From contig NW_027192193.1 in the NCBI RefSeq assembly GCF_041956535.1, forward strand, positions 512,235-576,234: 64,000 nucleotides of DNA, read 5' to 3'. How positions within the stretch are numbered: position 1 is the stretch's first letter; each line of letters opens with the position of its first letter. The translations under genes and the position numbers were made by a program. This DNA comes from Calcarisporiella thermophila CBS 279.70 (Eukaryota > Fungi > Calcarisporiellomycota). The notes under the pieces were generated by a model, which searched no databases, was not told where the DNA came from, and saw only the letters and a program-made list of their open reading frames with translations. Shown here in pieces: positions 24,017 to 37,065 of this stretch.

Positions 24017-27000
24017 ATGAAAGATTCACATAGAATCGTATTGGAGGCTACTCTGAAGATAGATAATGAGAAGCATGCAGTCGCCAGAGTGGGCCTTAAA
24101 CTCTGGAATGCCCTTCATAATCATCGCGAGGAGGGTGGCGAATATGGTAGGATGTTAATAATTGTGAAAATTACTTACTTTCTCTGGCACACATTTCGAG
24201 GTGTAATCTAATAGTATTTTTGATATTATGCGTAATATTTAGATGTATTAATACCTTCTTACATAAGCATTGCACTGATCCCAAAGGACTCTTATCCGAG
24301 AAGCACTCAACCATATAACCATATTGTATTCGCAGAACTTTCACAAGAGATTGGGGCCGATTCTGAGGTGCTTATATCAAGTTTTATTATGCCGCTTGCT
24401 TGTGTCAATTTTAATGGTGTTTCTCTTAGGATATCCGAATAAGCGAGGATCTATTAGGTTCGCATTTTCACCTTACTGAAGAAACTAGGCTTAATATACA
24501 GCGAGTCCAAATAATCGATTTGAAAGAGGTCATATTAGGCGCAATAAATACACAAACATATGAAATTTTTAGAAAAGGTCAGTATTTTTCCCTCTGCTAT
24601 TAAATACCAAAATAAACATTATTATCACTTTATAGATCCGGATCGCATCTGGAGCTACTTTCGCGAAAGTAGCCCTCCGGTTATACTACGGTATTCTCAA
24701 ACTTATGCCTTAAGGCTCCAGAACTATCCAGATGAAGATATTAAGCTTCGAGTTTTGATGTGTGACCCAGTACTACAGGGGCGTGTGACGACAGAGACTA
24801 AATTCATAGTGACAATTGTAGATGACGAAAGGTCTCCATCGGTTCATGCAGATAAGCAATTGAACAATGAGGAATTAAATGGTATGGAGGAATTAGATGG
24901 TGAAAGCACAGAGCAGGAATTTGAACTAGATAGCTCGTTTATGATGCCGAAGCTTGTATCGCCTTTTTCAAATCATAATGACAAAAGCATTGATGGGTTA
25001 CATTTTCCGGTTTCTATTTCGGACGACGAGGATGAAGAAAAGCTCGATTCAAATCAAAATATGGCTACGAACAATCGAGCGAATTATGAAAGTCAAGAGC
25101 AGACGTTATCCTTTATTCCAACTCTTCTCTCTGAGAATATCTCGTCAAGAACGTTGATCCCTGCACCGGATGAAAAGGACGATAGCGAGGCTAGAGTCTT
25201 GGTAGATGTGGGAGATCTTGGGCGATTAAAGGTATTTAGTGGCGACTGGGTTCTTGTGTCTGGACCCAATTTCAAGAAGAGCCGTTTATGCCGCATCTAT
25301 GGATGGACAAATCCACTAGCCGACAATAAGTGAGCCTAATTGCTTTACTATTTCGTTTTATCCATGCTCACAATTTCATTTGTTTAAAGGAAAAACTCAC
25401 CACAGCCCTTAGCCCATATCACTCCTCTTCTTTATTTCAATCTAGGATTTCCACTTCCGCCACTCTCATCAAAAGACGCAGTGTTACGGATTTCCCAGGC
25501 TCATGCCCTCGGGCCCCCTCCCACTGCTAAAGCAGTGACTGTAGCTCGAGTGACATCTCCTACTTCAGTAGACAAGGCAATAACCAATTCATTTTTCGAT
25601 GCTTTACGGCGATGGTTTGAGCGTGAGGAACGAATTGTGGTAGAAGGAGATGTTTTCGGGATTGTTGTAGATGGTAACTAGCACTATTTAAGAGAAATGT
25701 ATAAAATATTTGATTTGTTTATATATTATCTGATAGAGAAGAGCGCGCGACTTCGCTTACCAAAAAAGGACCAAGAAGGAGAGATTTTGCAATGGGATGA
25801 GCACAAGTATGTCTACCGTTTCTCACTATATTAAACAAGATTTCTTATAAATTACTACTAATATAGAGTTCAAAATGCCTCTGAAAATCCAACCATTGTT
25901 TACTACAAAATTACTTCAGTGGAATCAGATTACAACGAGCACCATTCTAAGCTGGGTTACGGAAGAAAGGTTGATCCAAACCATACTAAAATGGTGCAAA
26001 CAGGGATGGAGCATTCGCGTGTACCCATCGGATTTTCACGAATGTATGGCGCAGGTGAGCATTTTTATTTTTAATTGCATTGAAAGTAGTTAAACAACCC
26101 GCTATCAATAAGGTTGTGGATTGCCATCCTCGTCCCAACTTCAATCCTCGTCAACCCCCTCAGCCTATGTGGCATTATATGATCTCATATCGTCCTGTTT
26201 GCACCCCATGTCCATTGATTTGGAGCTCACTTGTACCGTGCTGCTCCATGGCCCTCGAGGTTCTGGAAAACGCACAATAGTTGAGTGGATTGTGGAACAA
26301 CTTGGTGTTCACGTTTACGAGGTTAGTTTAAATCTTATTTTAGCCTTGCCAACCTCGAGTATAACTTATCAATTATGTTTTTTATAGGTGAATTGTTATG
26401 AGTTTGCAGGCGAATCGGAAATGAAGACCGAGGGTAATCTTCGTGTCCGTTTCGACAAGGCTGTGCAATTTTCCCCCTGTGTCTTTTTACTTCGGCATGT
26501 GGATGCACTTGCACGGAAATCAGCGGTCGTAGAAACCGGCCAGGAGCCGGTGATTGCGACAGTGCTACAGGATTTATTTGGTCAGCTGACGACAAAATTC
26601 CGTGAAACTGGATATCCTCTGATGGTTGTGGGTACAACTACTGATATTGACAAGCTACCAGCGAATGTTTTGGGGTGCTTCCGTCACGAAATTGCTCTGG
26701 AGGCGCCAACAGAACCACAGCGGTTGGCAATACTACAGACGCTTCTCACGCAATCGCCACTTGCTCCTGATGTATCACTCTCCTCGCTTGCGACCCAGAC
26801 CGCCGCCCTTGTTGCTAAGGATCTTGTGGATCTCGTGGCTCGTGCAGGTCTTGCTGCTCTCGATCGGGTGACGCATTCAACAAAAAACGTGCGCGACGAG
26901 GATATATCCTCTGCAGGGGTTGTGCTGACGGCAGCAGATTTTGATTTGGCACTCGGCAAGGCTCGCTCTTCGTATTCGGATAGCATTGGCGCGCCCAAGA

Positions 27001-28258
27001 TACCAAATGTCACATGGGACGATGTTGGAGGGTTGGCTTCGGTGAAGGATGATATATTGGATACAATTCAGCTACCATTGGAACACCCTGAGCTGTTCGC
27101 GTCGGGAATAAAAAAGAGATCGGGTATCTTGTTATATGGTCCACCAGGAACCGGGAAAACTCTATTGGCCAAAGCCGTCGCTACTTCGTGTTCATTGAAT
27201 TTCTTCTCTGTGAAAGGGCCTGAGCTCTTGAATATGTATATTGGTGAGTCAGAGGCAAATGTGCGCCGAGTATTCCAGCGCGCCCGCGATGCAAAACCCT
27301 GTGTCATTTTCTTTGACGAGCTCGACTCGGTTGCTCCCAAGCGTGGGGAGAAGGGCGACTCAGGCGGAGTGATGGATCGTATAGTGAGTCAGTTGCTCGC
27401 CGAGTTGGATGGAATGGGGGAAGGAGGTGGAGCTGCAGATGTCTTTGTTATTGGGGCGACCAACCGGCCCGATTTATTAGATCCTGCTTTGTTACGTCCT
27501 GGCCGATTTGATAAACTTTTGTATTTGGGTGTGTGCGAGGACCACGAGTCACAACTGAAAATCATTCAAGCACTAACTAGAAAGTAAGTGTGTTTACTTG
27601 GACCTCTCATGCTCCCTTGGTTAAACAACAGTTTATCCTTTAAATCTATAGATTCCGACTCCATCCAGATCTTGATCTCACCCACATTGCTGAGCGATGT
27701 CCATTCCATTATACTGGGGCTGATTTCTATGCTCTCTGCTCCGACGCAATGCTTAAGGCTATGGCACGGACCGCTGAGGCCCTTGAGTCCAAAGTTTCGG
27801 CCATCAATTCCAATCCGTCCAGTACACATCCTACTCCTATCACTGCGCAATATTTCCTTGATCACCTGGCTACACCTGCAGATATTGAGGTGGAGGTTTG
27901 TGAGGAGGACTTTGATAAAGCGTTGCGTGAACTCATTCCAAGTGTAAGCGAGAAGGAGCTGGAGCACTACAAGAAAGTGCGCGAGAGATTTGAGGGAACA
28001 AGTTCTGCTGAAGGTGATGAAGAGACGGAAAAGGAGCAGGTGCTCAAGAAATTAAATGCGCTGGCGGGAAGTGGAAAAGGAAAAGAAAAGGTAGTTGAGA
28101 GCGGAGGAGGCAGTGGGGTTGGAAGTGGAAGTGGAAATGGGAACGGAAGGCCCAGAAGACCTGAAATCATGGAAGGGAAAGGTAAAGCGCGTACTGGAGA
28201 TGTAGATCCTGTCAAAGGGAAGGGAAGGGATAAAGGAAAGGGAAAGGCTAGAGCTTAA
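24017..28258 (+). CDS. PEX6: Peroxisomal AAA ATPase Pex6, multi-exon
   Basis: Degenerate D1 (HGPRGSGKR), SIGAPKIPNVTWDDVGG, D2 YGPPGTGKT, FFDELDS, GDSGGVMDRIVSQLLAELDG, YTGADFYALCSDAM. Confidence 0.97.
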
Positions 28259-28658
28259 TCTTTTATGTATTGTCTCTAATGTTCTCAAATAAATACCTAT
28301 TCATGTGTACTGTTATCACTGGCTATTTTTTTTCTTTGCTTTTTATGCCTTCCTTCTCCTTGACTTGTTTAGATAGTGATTTAATATTGGGTTCTAGACA
28401 GATTGAAATCAACCATTATCTCTAATTTCTAAAGATGTATAGAATATTACGGTTTTATTTGGCGTATCCAGTATTAAACTCGTTCGAACAGGGAGAGTAA
28501 GTACATATTTTAGAAAATCAATATAAAAAAATGTTAAAAAACGCGATATGTTACAACACGATATAAATAGTGTAATAAATCAAATGCCCAATTTAAATTG
28601 AGTGCTTGAAAAACACCTATTTTTCATCCGCACAATTACAAAAAAAAAAAGAAACATT

Positions 28659-29785
28659 CTACCCATTTAGATATTCAAGCTTTGAAGCGTCCTTAACTTC
28701 CTCGATTTTGCCAATGTCAAAGTCGTGTATATTGTTTTGCACGCTATCTATTCCTTTGTAAGCAGGTAAGAAGGAGATATTGGCCCTAAGTTGGACAAGC
28801 TTAAACAAATATAACCCCACAAGAGCTGCAATCAACGCGATGCCCAGGTAACAAAAATAGCTAATCAGAAAGAGGAGCGTGGTGGGATTGCTCCACCCGA
28901 ATAATCTGTAGAGTAATTGCCATATGGGGCTATCGACGACCGCACAGCAGTTCCAGAACCAGATGATCGGAGGTGATTCCCTAGCAATAGCAGTGTATAT
29001 ATTTTCAAGACTACTCGCAAAAAATCCCGCACCAAAAATGAGTTGTGCCGTTGCAATAAGGATGATGAATATCCTGTGGATGTAGTGCGAAATCAAGCAG
29101 AGAGCAACCCCGAGTATGCTGCAGATAAGCAGCCCAACAACAATCGGGAGAACCGTACGTTTATCATATTCAGCCAAAGCAGCCTTATGTAAAAGAGCCT
29201 TGCATTGTAAGTAAGCCCTTAATTTCGGGTTAAATTATATTCTTACCATGTCTATTGCAAAATAAATAGAGTACAATCCGACGCTTATTGAGGAAGCCAC
29301 CGTAAACGCATGAAACTTTAAGGGGTTATTTTGCACTAGGTAATCTGCCTGAGCATATTGAAGACACACCGATATCTCTTCGCATCTCTTCATTATTACA
29401 TTCACCAAAACGGACACAGCACCAAATACTACGGAGATGATAAGAAGAAGAACACTAGTCGCGACGCCTCTGCCTTCGTCTTCTTTAATTTGTGTAAAGG
29501 AATTTGAAACAACTATTTGAACACCAGATCAGTATCATTTTCGAATATATGAAAGAGGACAACGATTAACATACTAAGTGCTGTAAGAACAGCGCCCATG
29601 ACAATTCCTGAACCTATCCCCAACCCAATTCCTATCCCTAATCTCTTCAACACGACCTTCCGAAAGAGTTTATTATGCCTGAAGGTTGCATCGATAAATG
29701 TCAAGAGCATAGCTAAGAAGAAGGCGAGTGGTAAAAACGCACCTATGCCTGTAATTAGATAGGCAGAATCCCAAACATCATCCAT
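28659..29785 (-). CDS. Polytopic membrane protein of unknown function, 3 exons
   Basis: Three hydrophobic ORF segments joined by two GT-AG introns (about 29513-29575 and 29184-29246); roughly 7-8 TM helices. Confidence 0.7.
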
Positions 29786-30321
29786 GATACGTGATTCTTA
29801 AGGAAAGGAGAGGAAGGGAATAGGATAAAGAGAGGATAAAAGGGAGAAACCTCGAATTCTAAGCAGTAGCTACAATCATGTTTGAACTTTCGCGAGGCTT
29901 TTAAGGTTGCCTTGTGTTCGTTCTCAGAGAAATTTATCCTAAAACTATTAAAGTTTGTAATGTTAAAAATAGAATAAGAACCCCTACATCATGGCGAGGG
30001 AAACATGATTCTTTTTCGCTACCATTTTAATATTAAACCCAAAGAATGTCAAAGTATATCCTAATATTGCATTGTATAATATCCTCTTCAAAGAACAACT
30101 GGTGGCCAAATAAAATTTCGGCTCAATTGCTTGTACTCATATGCCTAAGCACCTGTTGATTATTATCTTCATCCAACAGCATTATTTTGTGGATCGAGAG
30201 AATAAGTGAGAATGATAAATTGAAATAAGGCGGATATTATGCTCGAATTCTTTCCTAACACATGTGCTGGTGTCTTAATTGATATACTAATCCTGCTAAA
30301 TTATATGGGGACTGCTTGACT

Positions 30322-30411
30322 ATGGGGGTGTTCACGCTGCCGCTTATTCGGATTATATTGCTTAATTTTAAGCAAAATAATCCGAATAAGCGGCAGCGTG
30401 AACACCCTCAT
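30322..30411. mobile_element. Near-perfect palindrome, probable non-autonomous MITE or foldback relic
   Basis: Arm 30326-30365 (GGGTGTTCACGCTGCCGCTTATTCGGATTATATTGCTTAA) and arm 30368-30407 are reverse complements at 39/40 positions, with a 2-nt loop. Confidence 0.6.
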
Positions 30412-30475
30412 TATTTTCATATGGAGATCGAGCATTAGGAGAAATGGGACTTGCTAATAAAATATTTTTCGCAAG

Positions 30476-30638
30476 ACGCGTTCTCAGAGAATAATAATTA
30501 AAAAAAGGTTTTTATCTCGTCAAGCAATTCGGACATCTGACGCTTGAGTATAAATGCTCTTCAATAGAGGCTCTGAAATATCCGTATTGCGCCTATTTTA
30601 TATCTGCATTTGGATATTTTCGTGATTTTGGAACGCGT
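30476..30638. promoter_or_regulatory. Paired MCB-like boxes (ACGCGT) upstream of HAUS6
   Basis: ACGCGT at 30476-30481 and 30633-30638, within 250 bp of ATG 30721. Confidence 0.45.
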
Positions 30639-30720
30639 AAAATACTAAATTTTAAAGACTTAGGAAAGTATTTTTTTATTTTCAGATATTATAAAAAACG
30701 TCCACCATTGCTCTAGCATT

Positions 30721-33700
30721 ATGGAAATAGTCGCTTCGGCAGTTGGTGGTGTACTTAGCACACGAACGCTGCTCTATTCTAATCTCGCTCTTCTTGGGTT
30801 CTCGAAATGTTTAACGGGCTCCTTCGCACATCTCGAATTTAACGAAGAGATGTTCAATAGCGGAGCAAACACTATTAAGAGTATGGAGATCGTCACTTGG
30901 TTCCTGCTCCAGAAGTTGGATCCGCGGAATGCTGAAGAGGTGAATTGGATACTTTGCACATTATATCACATGTAAATTGATTTCTGTCTTTTTTTCAGCG
31001 GTTCATATCTTGCTGGCCTCCGCTAGATGTCGCCCAAGCTAGGGAATATCGTAACATCGTATTTAAGTGGATAGAGCAGCTGAAGAAGGATGGATTTTTA
31101 CCTGCGAATTTGATTGTGCGACGAAGCTTTTTTGATGAATGCCGTGGCGACAGGTAGTATATAATGGTTTAATCCAGGCATTTCGATTGTAAAAACGATA
31201 ATACAAATTTTACTAGATTCGAACGTATCCTGCTTGCACTGAGTACCCATGTCATACAAGTCGTTATCGCAAGAGATTATAAACAATACATTAAATGTAA
31301 ATATCCTCATTTCAACTCTAGTTATTTGTATTATATAAACCAAATTACGCACTAGTACCGAGCGTTGCTAAGGAAGATCCTAGTAAGCCGGATATTAAAG
31401 ACAAGCTACAGGTTAGAAATTCAAGTTTAATCCAAATATCTAGTTCTTTATTTCAGAGAATTCAGACTAGTGTAATTTTTATATTGATATATTGATATAT
31501 ACTAATTGTAGATCTGTATTTGGGAGCAATCACAAAATTTCCTGAAGCAAACTCAACAAAGACATAAGGCTAGAGAAGGTTGGAAAAGAACAGCTGCGAA
31601 ACTCACCAGCACATACGATAGCATATCAGAAACGAAGGTATATTACGTGTGTAATATTTATATTTTATTCTCGTTAACGTTCTTATTTAAATTGTAAGAC
31701 GCAACTCACAACTAAGCGTGCGATATTTAATGATGGCCTCGACGTAGTGAATAAATTTGAGAGTATGTCTCTAAATGATGTGGAGGAATACCGCGAACAA
31801 CAGTTAGAGCGAATTCGCACACAATGGAAAAGATGTCTTCACTGGTTGGATACTCACCGAGAACATTCAGGTATGGGTGAAAGTGTCGGATAACAAATCT
31901 TTGCGCCTATTACTTCGTATTAAAATGTGTGGAAATATGTAGAAACTATCTCTAGTATTCTGAACAATACCGCCAACAAGTATCGATTGGACGGATCATC
32001 TATTAAATTAGCGGTGCCGGATGAACTTATGATACGGTGGGAAAGTGCTTTTGTCAAGGTATGTCGAGTAGCTTTTTCTTCCACCCTTTCCTGTCATACA
32101 ATTCTTAAGCATGTATACAAAAGGATGGCATCACTCCCTACTGCGAGAACAAGCTTGAACTCGTCTCCGCTTTTCGGATAGGCAAATTGGCTGTTACCAT
32201 GGTTAAGGAGGAGACTCGACAAAGAGAGGCTGCTGAAAAATTCAATACCATAGCTCCCTCGTTGTCTTCACTTCGAGAATGTCACAAAGAGCACACTTCG
32301 CAGTATTTTAAAATATCTGCATTGCGACAGGCATTGATATCCAGGATAGAGGCATTAAAGCATGCACAACAACATGCGAGAAAAAGTCAATCAAATGTCC
32401 ACAATCCTAATACATTGGGAGAAAGCCATATACGGTAAGTTTGATTGATTCAGTTCGATTCACACACCCCGAATGCGCTAACCGAATTTATATGTAGTAA
32501 AATGAAGCTCTGCTCACCCAGCAGCCCACTAAGCCTTGACTTAGACGGCTACGAAAAGGGGTCACTCTCTCTTACCCACATAATCAAAAATAAATCCCGT
32601 AATTGTTATAATTTATGCGTATTTGATGCCAATATCTCAGATATTCACTGACATATATATTTTTTTTCATCCTCAAGCCCAAGTCAAGACACCTAAACTC
32701 GTAACCGAGATTCGACGATCCGTACACCAAACCGTTATAAACAGTAGAGCTTCGCCAATTCGTACCTCCATCGATTTGGAGTCTATTCGCGTACTCAAAT
32801 CTGCACCAGCAGAGGAAATTATTACCAATCATCATAAGAAAGTGGATAACGCCAAAAAGTTAAATGTACTGACCTCTAAAGCACCAGCTGGAAATAGAGG
32901 TATATTTTTAAGAATTATCTCCGAACTATTTCCAATTATCTAAATTTGCTCAAACATCACTAAAATCGACAATTAATAGGGTTAAAATCTATCCCAAGCA
33001 CTGGTACAGGTTTAACTAAACGAAGGAATACAGCGCAACCTTTGAAGCCTAAGCAACCGGTGGGCTCTAATGTAAAAGACGAGGTGCTTCCCAGAGGTCC
33101 TCCAGTTTCATCTCGGAAACGAAGTGAAAAAGACGTGTATGATAAACTGTGCGAGCAAGTAAGAGGCACCTTGTTCAGAAAACTATTCAAGTTTATTGAC
33201 CTCTTCTAATTTGGCTAGATTGTTAACCATATTGTCACGGATGATAATGCTACCAATACACCCAGAGCTCGGAGGGCATCACGTAAAAGAGCGCAGCTGC
33301 AATCGCCGTCAGCCCTTCCGGCTGAAGCCTTGGTCGAGCACGCCATTGCAAGTCCAATTGAGGCAATCGGTTGGTTTTCGTTGACTCTTCCTGGCCCAAA
33401 TTTTCTGATTTTATGATTTGATTAATATTCGCCTTAATATAGATGGCCTAGCATTTAAGCCCAGAAACAGACTCCAACAAACTCCCATTGCCAGTGCCCA
33501 AACTCCCAAATCAGCTCTAAAATCCGCGCTCAAACAAGTTGACTCTAGAGGTGCTATTCATTCTCCCCGTCGCACCACAGCTAGTGTACGATTTGCACCA
33601 TTCCCTATGGTTCGCTCTCCATCCATTGCTAGCAGCCTCCAATCCTCGACCGCCTCAGTGACCACCACACTAACCCCAGCGACTAGTACATCGACCTACG

Positions 33701-34011
33701 TGGGTGAGGATTTAAAGGAAGAGGATTCACTTTTCGAACTACTGGATCAAAGATTGAATTTAATGAGCCCTTTTCGTGGGGATGAATTTGATCTGGGCAT
33801 TAAGGACGGGGAAGCAAACAATAGTGTTAAGAACGAGGGAGAATACTCTATAAACAGCAAAAAGAGCATGGTGATAGAAGAGCCGTCACTTCTCAAGTCA
33901 AATACTTCTCTGAAGGCATTTGAGGATATGATGGAGAGGAGCGAGTTTGGGAGAGGGATTATGGGTAAGGGATCCACTCGCATTTTTGTTAACTTCCCAA
34001 ATGGGTTCTAA
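30721..34011 (+). CDS. HAUS6: Augmin complex subunit HAUS6/Dgt6, multi-exon
   Basis: LYSNLALLGF...EIVTWFLLQKLDP...CWPPLD..QAREYRNIVFKWIEQLKK...IVRRSFFDECRGD|RFERILLALSTHV (HAUS6_N); coiled coil, then disordered S/P-rich tail. Confidence 0.9.
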
Positions 34012-34433
34012 CAATATATATATAATAGATGAGCAAATGCCAGAATTCGGAGATGAGAGTGTGAATGGCTTCTGGGATTAGTATCCGAGTAGGCCACGTC
34101 CATTACTTGCTACTGTACTATATTTTTCATCTTTCAACACGATGCATTTGAACTCTGTTACAAAAATAGGATATATTTAAACACAGACCCCATTCGCGTT
34201 AAATAATAATAATTGAACATTATACTATATATTGATTGCTCTTCATTATACAAATGCAAACTGCCAACATTCTGAGAATACATTTCTAGCTGTCACAAGC
34301 ATGAACATGCAAAAAAAAAAAAATAAAGAAAAATGAATTATATATGTAGTGTAGTAACAAATAATCTGGTAATGCAATTGAATGTGAAATCTGTACATAG
34401 GAAATGGATATCCGCAACATTTTGTTCTAGTTT

Positions 34434-36501
34434 TTATTGATATGCCTCACAATATCCATTAATAGGGAGACAGGAGAGGAATTTGCACCACGGACATGAT
34501 GCAGAGGGATCGGCCGCCTGCATAACCGTTAAAAAGAGGAAAATGTCAGCAATGTTAGGTTATCTTATATAGGCCGGATGGCATTACATGATAAAAATTG
34601 TAGAGTAGCCCTGCATAGAAAGCGACAAGCAGAGTGAAGGCAAGTATTCTCATTCCCAAGTAGAAGCGGCGGCGGGATTTGCCGAAATAGATTGCCGGTC
34701 CGAGAAACACACTCGACAAGACGCCACATATAAAGCCGCCAATATGCTGGAGAGTTAAGTTTAGAGATACAAAAACAAGGTCAATGTTCAATTGTTGGAG
34801 GTTGCATGGAAGGCTATCTCAGGAAGCTTACTGAAAAGTTGTCTAGAAACGGCAACAACCCTAGCCCAAAGGAGATTGCGATAGTTAGGATTAGCTTAAA
34901 GAACTCCCACCTGGGGCGTTCAAGCTGGTTCCAATTAGCAATCAAATCCACCAGGATGGCACCCACTACCCCGAAAAGTGCTCCCGATGCTCCCACCGAG
35001 GTTATTCGTGTTGGGGCGAAATTTCCACCAAAAATAAATCCACCGACACCGCTACTCAAATAGATAAGTCCATATCGCCACAATCCGAGGTCGACCTCCA
35101 GACGGGAACCGGTACTCAACTGGAAAAGCATGTTAAAAAGCAAGTGCACAATGCCTCCATGCAAGAATATCGGAGTGATGAAGCGGAAAGCTTGATCAGG
35201 TTGTCCAGAGGGGAAACCGTTGAAGCCACAGATATCAGCGAGAGTGCAAAGGTTACCCGTGTTACTGAGTGCCGCTTGGAGATCGGTTGCATTTGGACAC
35301 GGTAGAAGTTTGTCGATGTCAGGAGTCATGCGCATACAAGGAACAAACCGACCTCCAAAATAGATAAGAGACTGAGGACGGGTTATAAGCAAAATCAAGG
35401 TCAAAATTTGAATAGGCTGCTGAAGGAGAAGTAAGACACTACCTGAGCAGACGGCCCTATCATGAAATTGAACGGGTTGGTCTCAATAACTTTGCCAGTC
35501 ATCTTATGATACAATATGAACTCCACGATCAGCAATATTGCTTGTAGCGTGGACACAGCCCATGTGAAATACGGTCGCCACTTTCGACGTTCCTGCACCT
35601 GAACTTGAATTTTAGGATCAAGCAGTGATTTTGGTATAAGTCGTCCGTTGATCAGCTGGTGGTCGCCTTGCGAGATTCCGGGGAGGGGCTTATTATCTGA
35701 TGTTGGGGCCGTGTTTCCGGCGGGATGTCCAGTTGGTTGCGATTGTGGTAGAGAGCATTTTTTTATAAGAGGATTCTTTCCTTGCAGTTCAACGTCAGTA
35801 CTCCCTCCAACCGAAGTCAATAATTGCCGTTTATTCCGCGGACTCTCGCTCGAATAGCGGTCTGGTTTTTCACTATAGTAATCCAGAGTGATACCCAATT
35901 CCGAATCCGATGGAGTGTTCTCCTCGTATGCGGCCGGATATCTCCACTGCGATTTGTATTTTCTATAGTCGTCCACTAGCCTTGTGCCAACTTGATGGCT
36001 ATTGTAGCCAGAGCTGGTTTCTTCTGGCAGGTTACTCTCCAAGTCAGGGGAATTATAATACTTTGGCTTCTCGAGAGTGAGAACTGACTTATTACTATTA
36101 TCCGGATTAGTTGAGTATTCTTTTGTGTATTGCATAAACTGCTCTCCTTGCCAGGCGTCGTCCTCTTTAGAATTTAGTCCAGGGGAATTATAATAAGAAG
36201 TAGTGAGGCTGTATGCGTTAGGATTGGAGTTCACAGGGCCATATCCAGCAGTATGTGCAGGAAAAAAGGCATTGTCTGTAACCGAAACACTGGGACGCTT
36301 TTGCCGCGCCTGGGACGTAATCTTTGAATCGTCAATGTCGACATTACTGAGGGTTTGAGCGGTAATGCGAGAGGGATGGAAGTAAGAGATGTCATAGCTC
36401 ATATTGCTCCTATCTCCCTCTGACTCTTGCTCTCGCATTGGAGCAGGCGACATTGGGGACTGGTGATAGTTGTAATACTTGCGTTCAGCATACCCTGACA
36501 T
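34434..36501 (-). CDS. Rhomboid serine protease with long N-terminal cytosolic region and Cys-rich L1 loop, 4 exons
   Basis: FLHGGIVHLLFNM, SVGASGALFG (catalytic Ser), DNFS|HIGGF (catalytic His), C-terminal CPWCKFLSCLP. Confidence 0.93.
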
Positions 36502-37065
36502 TGCCCCTTTTCCCCACGGAGGTGTGTGCTTTTGGTGGCAACAATCCGAAATTTCGACTGGAGCTGAAATTGCGAACAAATATTTGCAAGCGTGGCTTAG
36601 TGTAATATTCAAAATCAACCCTAGCAGGATCGTCCTAATCTCACGGTCTCCTTCTCCTTAAGAACAATACTGCTGCGGATTTGCAGCTGATGGTTGGTAT
36701 GAAGAATTACTGGCGGAGAAAAAGCCATTGTTTCTTATTTTATTAACTGCCTCAAACACTTTGTTTTTCTCGAAGAAATGCCACAGAAAAGCACCAAACT
36801 TAAATAGTTAATTGTTTGTTTTATTTTCGCAATAGAAATTATTTCCGATCAACAAAGGATAACGGATCTTTTTTTTTTGGAATAAGCTGACCTGCTGTTT
36901 TGCCCCGCCTTTTCTCTTATGCCATCTGTTTTTGACGTGCATCTCTAGACCATTGGCTTCCATCTCATTACCTTTTTCAAGTGTTCACCCTCCCTTTTTT
37001 TTTCGCTTAGCTCTTTTGCGATAGACAGTTAACTACTCTTCCAAAGTCTATCCATTGAAGCCAAA

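Noticed and set aside
28060-28258. Gly/Lys-rich KGKGK repeats at the Pex6 C-terminus
   Set aside because: Low-complexity tails of this kind are common in fungal Pex6 proteins; -ARA is not a canonical PTS1.
29184-29246. In-frame stop between ORFs of the membrane protein
   Set aside because: Removed by a GTAAGA...TAAG intron.
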